64,000 nucleotides of DNA from NCBI GenBank assembly GCA_026770705.1, contig JANJGN010000007.1:109430001-109494000 (forward strand), written 5' to 3'. Both the position numbers and the translations under genes were made by a program. Of this stretch, positions 25,738 to 36,500 are shown in pieces. The DNA comes from Isurus oxyrinchus (taxonomy: Eukaryota). The notes below the pieces were generated by a model, which did no database searches, was not told the origin of the DNA, and was given only the letters and a program-made list of their open reading frames with translations. The stretch's first letter is position 1, and every line of letters starts with the position of its first letter.

Positions 25738-25776
25738 CGTTCTGAAGAACTGCCATTTGGACTCGAAACATTAATC
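25738..25776 (+). ncRNA. Degenerate hammerhead motif in PLE tail
   Basis: gtt CTGAAGA actgccatttggactc GAAAC att aat. Confidence 0.55.
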
Positions 25777-25843
25777 CTGTTTCTCCCTCCACAGATGCTG
25801 CCCGACCTGCTGAGTTTTTACCAGGATTTTCTGTTTTAATTTT

Positions 25844-26050
25844 TGAAGCCTCGGAGCCGGCTGCAAGGTAGTCAGCGTTTACCTGGTGGTTCCGCCATGC
25901 GCCAGTGGATCCGCCCAATGAGCGAAAATTGCTCGTAGAGGTTTGACGTAGCTCTTAAATGGCCACTTTAGTTGACCGATTGGGCTTATCATGCACAATC
26001 CAATTGCCACCTCTTCTGGCGCTAGGAACAGCATGGCGGCGGCAAAAAAA
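25844..26050. promoter_or_regulatory. CpG-rich promoter-like segment (contiguous with 19880-19980 before the PLE insertion)
   Basis: CCAAT boxes, ccgccc, tgacgta and ccgccat/atggcggc motifs; elevated CpG density. Confidence 0.35.
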
Positions 26051-26982
26051 AAAAGCGATATGCCTTTCGATACATTTCCATGTCATTTTGCCATACTTCA
26101 CAGTCCTGCACGTTCCCAAAGGGTCTTCCAAAATCCAGCCCAAATTTCCGTCAGTGAAACCTCACTTCATTAATATTCCAAAAGGGGCAAAGAAGCAACA
26201 AAACTTAGTACCAGTGCCTTTGATGGCAGTGGTGTGTTCAGTAATGACTGCGCTTGACAAAAGTGCCGCCAGCAGCTGTAAGCAAATAGAAGCGAAGATC
26301 GTCACTGACTTCTGACGTCTATAAAATAACGTTCGAGAAAAAGAGACTGAAAATAATGAATACAGATGCAAAAATAAAGAACACGAACAGGAAAATACAC
26401 AACTCTACACCACAGATTTAAACTGCAAACTTACAACGTTTTTACACTGATAATAGTTGTAAAGGGAAATACAATAAAAACGATATTCCATTGATAAACA
26501 TGTGACCAGAGAACCACAAAGCTCACACACATTTTAAAAATGAAAATCAACTAACTGTGAATGCATGTCTAGGTGATCTCATTGAAGGGCACTGGGTCGC
26601 AGTTTAATTGTGGTGAAGTGTGATACCCAAGGCTTGAGTTTCAACCCCCAACAGCGGCGAAATAGGAACATAAGTCGACCACAAGGCCCGTCGAGACTTC
26701 TCCGCCACTATGTACCATCATGGTTAATTTTGGCCTTCAACTCCATTTTTTCCTCCGCTACTCATATTTCCCTGAGAGAACAACACCCTCATTCCACGGA
26801 TCAATCAAGTTCCCATTCGCTGTACCGCCTCCAATGCAAGTATATCCAGTCTTAAATGTGGAGACTAAAACTGAACTCAGTATTCCAGATGCGGTCTCAG
26901 CAAAACCCTGTACAATTGTAAAACAAAAACAGAATTACCTGGAAAAACTCAGCAGGTCTAGCAGCATCGGCGGAGAAGAAAA

Positions 26983-27023
26983 GAGTTGACGTTTCGAGTC
27001 CTCATGACCCTTCGACAGAACTT
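26983..27023 (-). ncRNA. Minimal type I hammerhead ribozyme motif, CUGUCGA variant, best-preserved copy
   Basis: Minus strand: aagtt CTGTCGA a gggtc atgag gactc GAA ACGT C aactc; stem I agtt/aact, stem II gggtc/gactc, palindromic ACGT stem III, GUC site at 26990-26988. Confidence 0.72.
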
Positions 27024-27408
27024 GATTTCGAGTCCAAGAAAGAGTTGAAATATAAGCTGGTTTAAGGTGTGTGTGTGGGGGGGGCGGAGAGATAGAGAGA
27101 GAGGGGGGGTGTGGTTGTGTGGACAAACAAGCAGTGATAGAAGCAGATCATCAAATGATGTCAGCGACAATGGTACAATAGAACACATAGGTGTTAAAGT
27201 TAAAGTTGGTGATATTATCTAAACGAATGTGCTAATTAAGAATGGATGGTAGGGCACTCAAGGTACAGCTCTAGTGGGGGTGGAGGGAGCATAAAAGATT
27301 TTAAAATATTTAAAAATAATGGAAATAGATGGGAAAAGAAAAATCTATATAATTTATTGGGGGGAAAAAAGGGGGAAACAGAAATTGGGTGGGGATGGGG
27401 GAGGGAGC

Positions 27409-29443
27409 TCACGACCTAAAGTTGTTGAATTCAACATTCAGTCCGGAAGGCTGTAAGGTGCCTAGTCGGAAGATGAGGTGTTGTTCCTCCAGTTTGCGTT
27501 GGGCTTCACTGGAACAATGCAGCAAGCCAAGGACAGACATGTGGGCAAGAGAGCAGGGTGGAGTGTTAAAATGGCAAGCGACAGGGAGGTTTGGGTCATT
27601 CTTGCGGACAGACCGCAGGTGTTCTGCAAAGCGGTCGCCCAGTTTACGTTTGGTCTCTCCAATGTAGAGGAGACCACATTGGGAGCAACGAATGCAGTAA
27701 ACTAAGTTGGGGGAAATGCAAGTGAAATGCTGCTTCACTCGAAAGGAGTGTTTGGGCCCTTGGACGGTGAGGAGAGAGGAAGTGAAGGGGCAGGTGTTAC
27801 ATCTTTTGCGTGGGCATGGGGTGGTGCCATAGGAGGGGGTTGAGGAGTAGGGGGTGATGGAGGAGTGGACCAGGGTGTCCCGGAGGGAGCGATCCCTACG
27901 GAATGCCGATAAGGGGGGGTGAAGGGAAGATGTGTTTGGTGGTGGCATCATGCTGGAGTTGGCGGAAATGGCGGAGGATGATCCTTTGAATGCGGAGCCT
28001 GGTGGGGTGATAAGTGAGGACAAGGGGGACCCTATCATGTTTCTGGGAGGGAGGAGAAGGCGTGAGGGCGGATGCGCGGGAGATGGGCCAGACACGGTTG
28101 AGGGCCCTGTCAACGACCGTGGGTGGAAAACCTCGGTTAAGGAAGAAGGAGGACATGTCAGAGGAACCGTTTTTGAAGGTAGCATCATCGGAACAGATGC
28201 GACGAAGGCGAAGGAACTGGGAGAATGGGATGGAGTCCTTACAGGAAGCGGGGTGTGAGGAGCTGTAGTCTAGGTAGTTGTGGGAGTCGGTGGGTTTGTA
28301 ATGGATATTGGTGGACAGTCTATCACCAGAGATTGAGACAGAGAGGTCAAGGAAGGGAAGGGAAGTGTCAGAGATGGACCACGTGAAAATGATGGAGGGG
28401 TGGAGATTGGAAGCAAAATTAATAAATTTTTCCAAGTCCCGACGAGAGCATGAAGCAGCACCGAAGTAATCATCGATGTACCGGAGAAAAAGTTGTGGAA
28501 GGGGGCTGGAGTAGGACTGCAATAAGGAATGTTCCACATACCCCATAAAGAGACAGGCATAGCTGGGGCCCATGCGGGTACCCATAGCCACACCTTTTAT
28601 TTGGAGGAAGTGAGAGGAGTTGAAGGAGAAATTGTTCAACGTGAGAACAAGTTCAGCCAGATGGAGGAGAGTAGTGGTGGATGGGGATTGTTCGGGCCTC
28701 TGTTCGAGGAACAATCTAAGGGCCCTCAGACCATCCTGGTGGGGGATGGAGGTGTAGAGGGATTGGACGTCCATGGTGAAGAGGAAGCAGTTGGGGCCAG
28801 GGAACTGGAAATTGTTGATGTGACGTAAGGTGTCAGATTAATCACGGATGTAGGTGGGAAGGGACTGGACAAGGGGAGAGAGAAGGGAGTCAAGATAACG
28901 AGAAATGAGTTCTGTGGGGCAGGAGCAAGCTGAGACGATCGGTCTACCGGGGCAGTTCTGTTTGTGGATTTTGGGTAGGAGATAGAAGCGGGCCGTCCGA
29001 GGTTGGGCGACTATCAGGTTGGAAGCTGTGGGAGGGAGATCCCCAGAGGAGATGAGGTCAGTGACAGTCCTGGAAACAATATCTTGATGTTCAGTGGTGG
29101 GGTCATGGTCCAGGGAGAGGTAGGAGGAAGTGTCTGCGAGTTGACGCTCAGCCTCCGCGAGGTAGAGGTCAGTGCGCCAGACAACAACAGCACTACCCTT
29201 GTCAGCGGGTTTAATGACAATGTCATGGTTGGACCTGAGAGAATGGAGTGCAGTAAGTTCAGAGAGAGACAGGTTAGAATGGGTGAGAGGAGCAGAGAAA
29301 TTGAGACGACTAATGTCGCGCCGACAGTTCTCAATGAAAAGATCAAGAGAAGGTAAGAATCCAGAGGGAGGGGTCCAGGTGGAGGGAGAATATTGGAGAT
29401 GGGGAAAAGGATCCGTTGAACTGGGAGAGGACTCCTGCCCAAA
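27409..29443 (-). pseudogene. PLE polyprotein (Penelope RT plus GIY-YIG endonuclease) with two lesions
   Basis: ORFs 27896-28774 and 27409-28188 joined by a 1-bp insertion; the upstream frame is open to 29443 except for one stop. Confidence 0.93.
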
Positions 29444-30167
29444 GACTCAGATCCTATACAATTGTAGCTCGATTTATTTAGTCTTGTAGTCCAATCTCCT
29501 TGTAATGAAGGCCAATATACTATTTACCTTTCTAATTGCTTGCGGTCCGAATGCTAACTTTCCTCATTCCTTGTACAAACACATCCAAGTCTCTTTGACC
29601 ATCAGCATTTACAAGTTTCACACCTTTTGAAATGTATTCTGTTTTTGTTCTGTTCTTATACCAAAGTGATTAACTTCACTGCTCCCTACATCATACTCCA
29701 TCTGCAATCTTTTTGCCCACTCCCTTATCTTGTTTATATTGCTTTTTTAGCTGTTCCGTATCTCCTCAGATTTTACCTTGCCATCTAGCTTGCTATCGTC
29801 AACAAACTTTGATACATTACTCTCTGTCTCTAAACCTGTCATTGATATAGATTGTCAAAAGCTGAGGTCCCCGCACTGATCCTTGCAGCATTCCACGATT
29901 CACTGCCTGCCAACTTGAAAAGTTTACATCCACTCTCTTCGTTCTGTCCATTAGCCAATCCTCTATCCATGCTAAAATATTACCCTAACTGCATCAGCCC
30001 TTATGTTGCTTACTAAAGTTATGTGTGGCACCTTATTGAAGGCATTTTGGATATTCCAAGAACACTACATCTACTGGTTTCCTTTATCTGCCCTAGTAGT
30101 TACATCCTCAAAAACTTCTAATAAATTTGCCAAACCGTATTTCCTTTTAGTGAACCAATTTTGAAAA

Positions 30168-30460
30168 GGAGGTCTTGTGTCTCAGTGGGTAGCGTGCCTA
30201 CTTCTGGGCCAGAAGGCTCAGGTGCCATTCTCAATTCAGAGAGTGATGGTCAGGGAATGTTCATTCGAAAAGTGGCCAAGCAGGTTGAGTATCAGTCTGC
30301 AGTCCTACCAACACGCCTGATGACAGGCGTTAAGGGCAGCAGCGTTTTTTGGTGAACAAAACTGCAAAAGGCAACGGCAAACCACTGGAGTACATTGCCA
30401 AGCATAATCATGGTCCGTGATCGCCAACGGACTCAGGGAATGGCAGTTGAAAGAGGAGGA
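30168..30460 (+). mobile_element. tRNA-derived SINE with RTE-type 3' region
   Basis: A-box-like tgtctcagtggg head; aaggcaacggcaaaccactggagtacattgccaag (30368-30402) resembles RTE 3' motifs; gaggagga tail; interrupts a CR1. Confidence 0.6.
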
Positions 30461-31019
30461 TGAAATCATGTTGACTTGCTCTAATCATCGTGTAATTAGA
30501 CCACACCGGGAGTCGAGGCGGGCGGGCAATAAAAATAGCACAGCTTGTCCGCGTGTGTGTACCCTAGGTCAATCCGGCACAAGAGCATTTATTCGGAGGG
30601 CTTTTGGGTTGGGGGTAGTGCTGGGGTGGGCATCGCGGCAGGGTTATCCGTCCGGTAGCAACGGGTACCACACCCTGTTCAGCCTCCTGTTTCCCTCAGA
30701 CAGGCGGGACCAGTTTCGCTGCCTCTAGGCCGCCTGCAGGCAGCAAGCCTTGAATGCACTGCTTCACGTAAGCTTAGAGGCCCTCTCAGCCTGCGCAGGT
30801 GAGGAGCAGTCGAAGCCTGCTCAATAGAGTAGACCCCTAACACCCAATAATGAAAGATTTTTTCTGCGTTTTAAATAAGTGAAAGGGAGGACCCATCCAT
30901 TTTGAACTGGCCTCTGACTTATTTACCTGCCATCTCAAACTGCTGGCCCTCTGTGCCAGAAGACATAATGGGAAGATATGCTTCCTGCGTTTCAATGGCT
31001 CCTAGTACCTCCCGATATT

Positions 31020-31850
31020 GAACTGTTGCGGCAGAGCCAAGTGAGCCATGACCCATATGTTGATGAGGGCACTTAGCCTATTGGTAACGGCAACTGGTAC
31101 ATCAGTGTTGCAGGAAATGGATATTTGAAAGTGCATACAAAAATGCACTTCAACCAGAAACACAAGCATATAGGTTATCAAATGATTACACAAATCAAAC
31201 ATCAAATGAAAAGCAATTTCACAACATATTTAGACCTTATGACTCTTAGGTCGATGACACAGTAATCATGGTAATAGATTTTAGCAGATAACCCGCCTCT
31301 GCATCTTTTAAAGTGAAGGACGCTCCTACATAATCAAGAAATCAGTAGATCTGATTAAGGGGGCTGCGAAGACGTGAAAAATAACCGGTGGTATACATCA
31401 ACCAACTGAAGTCAGCAGGTTAACAATTTTGTTCAAAACCGAGTGAGTAACAAGTGTTCTGTATGGTGTACAGAATTAAAACTGCAAGTGGAATGTGGAC
31501 GATGTCTACTGCTCGGACTGAAATACTACCTGGGGGCGAGTTGTTTGGGAGGCGGGTGGGGCGGCTGGCCGGGTGGCGGGAGGGCGGGGGGAAGTGACAT
31601 ATCGTCCAGAGGAACCGAATCAAGCATTGTGGATAGGGTTGGATTTCAGAGAGGCGTCAGTACAAAGCTAGATAAACCACGACAAGGCCAACATATTGGG
31701 AAGAGGGAGTGTATGAATTGTGTGATGAATAAAACCATACGATCGACTTATTAACTGTCAGAAGGGTCGAGATTCTTTCCCCAATGTTCGCCATCGGAAC
31801 CCGACATTTGTGGAGGCACCGTGTGTCCATCTTTTGGGATCTCTAAAATA
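31020..31850. repeat. Paralogue block of 8190-8860
   Basis: Shared tgatgagggcactt, tacatcagtgttgcagg, cagaaacacaa, acataatca and tacaaagctaga. Confidence 0.85.
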
Positions 31851-32600
31851 TGAACATACATGCGAACTAGGAGCAGTAGTACGCCACTGGGTCCTTAGGG
31901 CCTTCTCCGCCATTCAACAAGTCCATGGCTGATCTGACTGTAACCTCAAAACCACATCCATGCCTACCCCCGGTAAAATCTTACTCCTTGTTAATCATTA
32001 ATATATCTAGCTCTGCCTTTAAGATATTCAAATATTTTGCTTCCACTGTCTTTTGAGGAAGAGAGGCCCAAACACTTGCGACCCTCTGAGAGAAAAAAAA
32101 CTCTCCTCATCTCTGTCTCCGATGAGCGGCCCCTTATTTTTAAACAGTTACCTCTAGTTCTATATTCTATCACAAGAGGAAGCATCCTCACCACATCCAC
32201 CCTGTGAAGATTATGCAGGATGATACATGGTTTAAGCAAGCCGCATCTTCCTCTTCTAAATTCCAATGGATACAAGCCTAAACTGTCCTCATAAGACAAC
32301 CGGCGCAATCCTGGCATTAGTCTCGTAAAACTGCTCTGAAATGCTTCTATAGCATTTACATATTTCCCTAAATAAGGAGACCAATACTGTACACGGTATT
32401 CTCCAGATGTAGTCTCACCAGTGTCCTGTAGAATTGAAACATAACCTCCTTACTTTTGTAATCAATTCCCTGCACAATAAACTACAACATTCTATTAGCT
32501 TCCCGAATTATTGCTGTACCTGCAAACTTTGTAATACATGCACCAGGACATCTAGGCTCCTCTGAACACCAGAACTCTGTAATCTCTCGCCATTTCGACC
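31850..32600 (-). mobile_element. CR1 LINE 3' fragment
   Basis: MPGLRRLSYEDSLGLYPLEFRR..KIRGRSSETEMRRVFF (31991-32317). Confidence 0.88.
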
Positions 32601-32604
32601 ACAG

Positions 32605-33825
32605 AGTCACAGAATCACACAGTGCAGAAGAGGCCCTTCGGCCCATCGAGTCCGCACTGACACGTGAGAAACAACAGACCTACCTACCAAATCCACTGTA
32701 CCAGGACTTGACCCATAACCTTGAATGTTATGACGTGCCAAGTGCTCATCCAGGCACTTTTTAAAAGATGTGAGGGAACCCACCTCCACCACCCAACCAG
32801 GCAGCGCATTGCAGACTGTTACCCCCCTCTGGGTAAAAAACGTTTTTCTCACACCCCCCCCCCCCCCCCCACCCAAACCTCCTGGCCCTCACCTTCAACT
32901 TATGTTCCGTCGTGACTGACGCTCCACCTAAGGGGAACAGCTGCTCCCTATCCACACCGCCCATGCCCCTCATAATCTTGTACACCTTGATCAGTCTTCT
33001 CTGCTCCAACGAAAACAATCCAAGTCTATCCAAACTCTCTTCATAACTTAAATGTTTCACCCCAAGCAACATACTGGTAAATCGCCTCTGCGCCCCCTCC
33101 AGTGCAAGCACATCCTTCCTATAATGTGGCGACCAGAACTGCACACAGTACTCCAGCTGTGGCCTCACCAAGGTTCTATACAACTCCAACATGATCTCCC
33201 TACGTTTGTAACCTGTGCCTCGATTGATAAAGGCAAATGTCCCATATGCCTTTTTCACCAGCCCCTGAATATGCCCCTCCAACTTCAGAGATCTTTGGAC
33301 ACACACGCCAAGGTCCTTTTGTTGTTCAGAACTTCCTAGTGTCATGCTGTTCATTGAATACTACCTTGTCAAATTACTCCTCCTAAAGTGTTTCACCTCA
33401 CACTTAAATTCCATCTGCCCCTTATCTGCCCATTTGACCATCCCGTCTATATCTTCCTGTAGCCCAAGACACCCAGCCTCACTGTTAACCACCCGGCCAA
33501 TCTTTGTGCCATTTGCAAACTTACTAATCCTACACCCCATATAGTCATCTATGTCATTTATATAAATGACGAATAATAAGGAACCTAACACAGATCCCTG
33601 TGGTACGCCACTGGACTCTGTCTTCCAGTCACTTAAGCAGCCTTCTCTCATTACCCTCTGTCTCCAACAACTAAGCCAATTTTGAACCCAACATATCAAA
33701 TTACCCTGTATACCATGTGCATTTGCTTGCTTTATAAGTCTTCCATATGGAACCCTGTCAAAGGCTTTGCTGAATTCCATATAAAGTGCATCAACTGCAC
33801 TACCGTCATCTACACACCTGGCCAC
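32605..33825 (-). mobile_element. CR1 LINE RT and 3' end (second subfamily)
   Basis: YMEFSKAFDRVPYGRL..SGVPQGSVLG..YINDID..KFANGTK; MLELYRTLVRPQLEYCVQFWSPH; cacaga-type tail repeats. Confidence 0.93.
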
Positions 33826-34619
33826 TGAAAGACGTTCCTGCTCACTTACCGCAGACAGTTAACTGGGATCCTGTTCTATTTCCATTATTTTTCCCTGACG
33901 AATCACTGCACAGTGATAGGTTCCTGAGTCCTGAGAAGTCGAGTTTTGCAGCTCAAAGAAACAGCCTCCTTTAGTATTTGGACCAAAGCCTGTTCTCTTA
34001 TCGGCTCCTATTGCAGATATTTATTCTCACCAACTTACATCGACCTCTAAATTGTCATGAGAAAGGGGGATTATGCAGTAGAAGGTGAGGTCTGACTCCC
34101 TTAACGTAGTCACCTGCGTGGGATTTTGAGACACGCTGAACGAAGTTCCTGGAGCACCTGTTGTAAAATATATTTAAGGTTTGCATTAATTCAGTGTATT
34201 CAATATGAAACCAGACACTTCAGGGCATATTTTTGCGTAGAAATGCAAAAGCGTTTGCGGACAGACAATCTGCATTCAATTCAACTGATGTGGCAGCTAT
34301 GAAAGATATGTTTTGTTTAATGGAACAGCCGGGATACAGAATATCCCGGTTCCTGTTAAAATGATCCTCGGGAGATGCATTCGACAACATTCCTAGATAA
34401 AGGCTCACTGATTTCTGACTACATTGGCTATGTGTTTTCCACTGTATGAAATGTTTGCTGAACATTTCATCTGAAAACCATCGCAATGCCGTTTGTCATC
34501 TTGTGCCCGTTGGTCCACAAAATAGGTTTCGTTTGTGACCGTTCTGCTCTTCGGCGGCTATTGGGATAACCTATAACCCGAGCAACAATTAATAAGAGTT
34601 TTTAAAAAGGCTGAATTTC

Positions 34620-35690
34620 AAATGGATCATTGACAACGCCAACTTGTTGTATATCTCACCTTTGAGAAAGTGAAATGTTTCAGGACGTGGCCTAGAACCA
34701 TTGTAAAGCAAAATTTGACACCGAACCAAATAAGGAGATATTATGGGAGATAGAACTTCACCAAATAGATTTAAGGAGTTATGTTTTAGAGGAGGAAAGA
34801 TAACTAGAGAGGTGGAGAGGCATAGGGAGGAAATTACAGATCCTGGTGCCTGCCAAGTGGAGGGCCCTACTGCCAATGGTGAAGTGATCAAAATTGGGGA
34901 TGTTCTAGTTGCCAGAATTAGAGGGGACTAAATACCTCCCAATGCTCTCTGTCTGGAGGAGATTACAAAGATAAGGGATGGGTCAGGTAATGAGAACAAA
35001 GTTGAAAATTTTAAAATAAAGGCATTGCTTAATTAAGAACAAATGTAGGACAGCAAGCATAGAGGTGATGGGTGAGGGGACTTGATGAGTTAGGAAATGG
35101 GCAGCAGACTGTTGGATAAACTTAGGTTCACAGGGGGCACAGAGGGAGTGACTGGCTAGGCGTGCATAGGAATAGGCAAGCCCGGATGTAGCAAAGGCAT
35201 GGATGAAGATTGCAGGAGCAGATGAAATGAGTTGCCAGCGGAGCCCGTCAATATTACGAAGGTGGAAGTAGACAGCTCTTGTGACATTGCGTATATATGT
35301 TCAGAATATCACCTGGGAGTGAAACATAACGCCAATGTTGCAAACGGTTTGATTCGCCCGAGACAGTTGCCAAGAAGGGGATTGAGTCGATAGTTAGGAA
35401 ATTATTTTTGAGGCGGAGAACAAAGAAAATGGCTTCCCCAGCGTTTAAATGGAGTCATGTTTTTTTTCATCACTGGAAGCTGCATAAGCAGCGTGAAAAT
35501 TTATAGACAGTGCAGGAATCGAGAAGGGTGTTCGTGAGGTAGAGCTCGGTGTCAACAGCGCACATGTGGAAATTGAAGCTGTATTTTTGGATGATGTTTT
35601 ATAAAATTAAAATAGGAAGGGGCCACAGAGGGACCATGGCGAAGCATCAGAGTCAAATAGTGGAAACTGGAAGAGAAAGTCTTGCCACCA
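34620..35690 (-). mobile_element. L2-type LINE 3' part, degraded
   Basis: Purine-rich gagaggtggagaggcatagggaggaaattacaga and gtgaggtagagctcggtgtcaacagcgcacat (antisense of a YADDTQLY-like motif). Confidence 0.7.
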
Positions 35691-36239
35691 ATCTGAAATC
35701 ACCAATTGCCACACAACACTGAGACAGTGTTTGCGTATCCTAGATTAAGATGTCATAGCTAACACAATAACATAGTTGGTATGTTATTAGGCTAGCAGTC
35801 CAGAGCTCAGCAACGACCAGGGCAGGTCAGGGCAGGCATGCTGTTCTCTACACAGGCTATTATAAACTGAGACAAGGATAGACGTGCAGAGATTTCGGCT
35901 TTAGTCTTTTACAGCTTCCTTTCCACTGATAGTGTTAGATTGCTGGAAAGCATTCAGACAGTGAATTCGGACTTTATACAAAGATGCAGTTTTCCATCGG
36001 AAAATGTTCTCAGATCAAACAGCCAGAAAAATGTATTTTATCAATAAAACTGTTCTTTTTATTTTATTCGTGGGTTTGAGCATCGCGGACAAGGCCCGCA
36101 CTCACTTCTCATCGCTAAATCCTTTGAGAACGTGGTTTTGTGCCACCTTCTTGATCCACTATATCCATGTGGTGAAAGTCCTCCCACAGTGATGTTACGC
36201 TGTCCCAGGATTCTGAATTCGCAATGATAAGGGGTTATG

Positions 36240-36500
36240 TCTGACCTTTCGTTAGGACTGCGAGGGTTTAAAGATGTAATACTGGGGAGAGAAACAATTC
36301 AGATTAATGACTTTTGAAAAGGTTATCGACCTGAAAGGTTAACTCTATTTCTTTATCCACAGATGCTGAGTACTTCCGATATTTTATGTTTTTATTTCAG
36401 ATTTCCAGAATATTTCCTTTGTAGAAATGCAATAGGTGTTATGCAGTTTAAAAGTATGGAGGAAAGAACAAAAGGGAAGCTCTGCAATAGGGTGGAACAC
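36240..36500. mobile_element. Short PLE-tail remnants
   Basis: aaggttatcgacctgaaaggttaactct..ccacagatgctg..gtttttatttcagatttccag. Confidence 0.55.

Larger units (their letters stand above)
21334..25843 (+). mobile_element. PLE, right arm (RT N-terminus 21334-21999, 23195-23270, then 24546-25843), interrupted by a younger PLE and a CR1
   Basis: KPAYKGGAAVVW, LPTYIRDSSDALRHI and FCIHCSQCGLLYNGKTKCKLGDR; tail with hammerhead motif. Confidence 0.88.
26921..29443 (-). mobile_element. Youngest PLE, 5'-truncated, near-intact RT plus GIY-YIG ORF
   Basis: Frame FGQESS..VIKPADKGSAVVVW..YLLPKIHK..PGRPIVS..MDVQSLYTSIP..GVAMGTRMGPSYA..RYIDD..LVYCIRCSQCGLLYIGETKR; one TAA at 28838-28840 and one +1 frameshift near 27911; TSD tacaattgta at 26911-26920 and 29457-29466. 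Confidence 0.97.
26660..30160 (-). mobile_element. CR1 LINE fragment split by the PLE (26660-26920 and 29457-30160)
   Basis: CR1 3' and RT sequence continues across the PLE; short resumption at about 30465-30490 after the SINE. Confidence 0.75.

Noticed and set aside
27389-29489. Plus-strand ORFs overlapping the PLE
   Set aside because: Antisense shadows of the PLE ORF.
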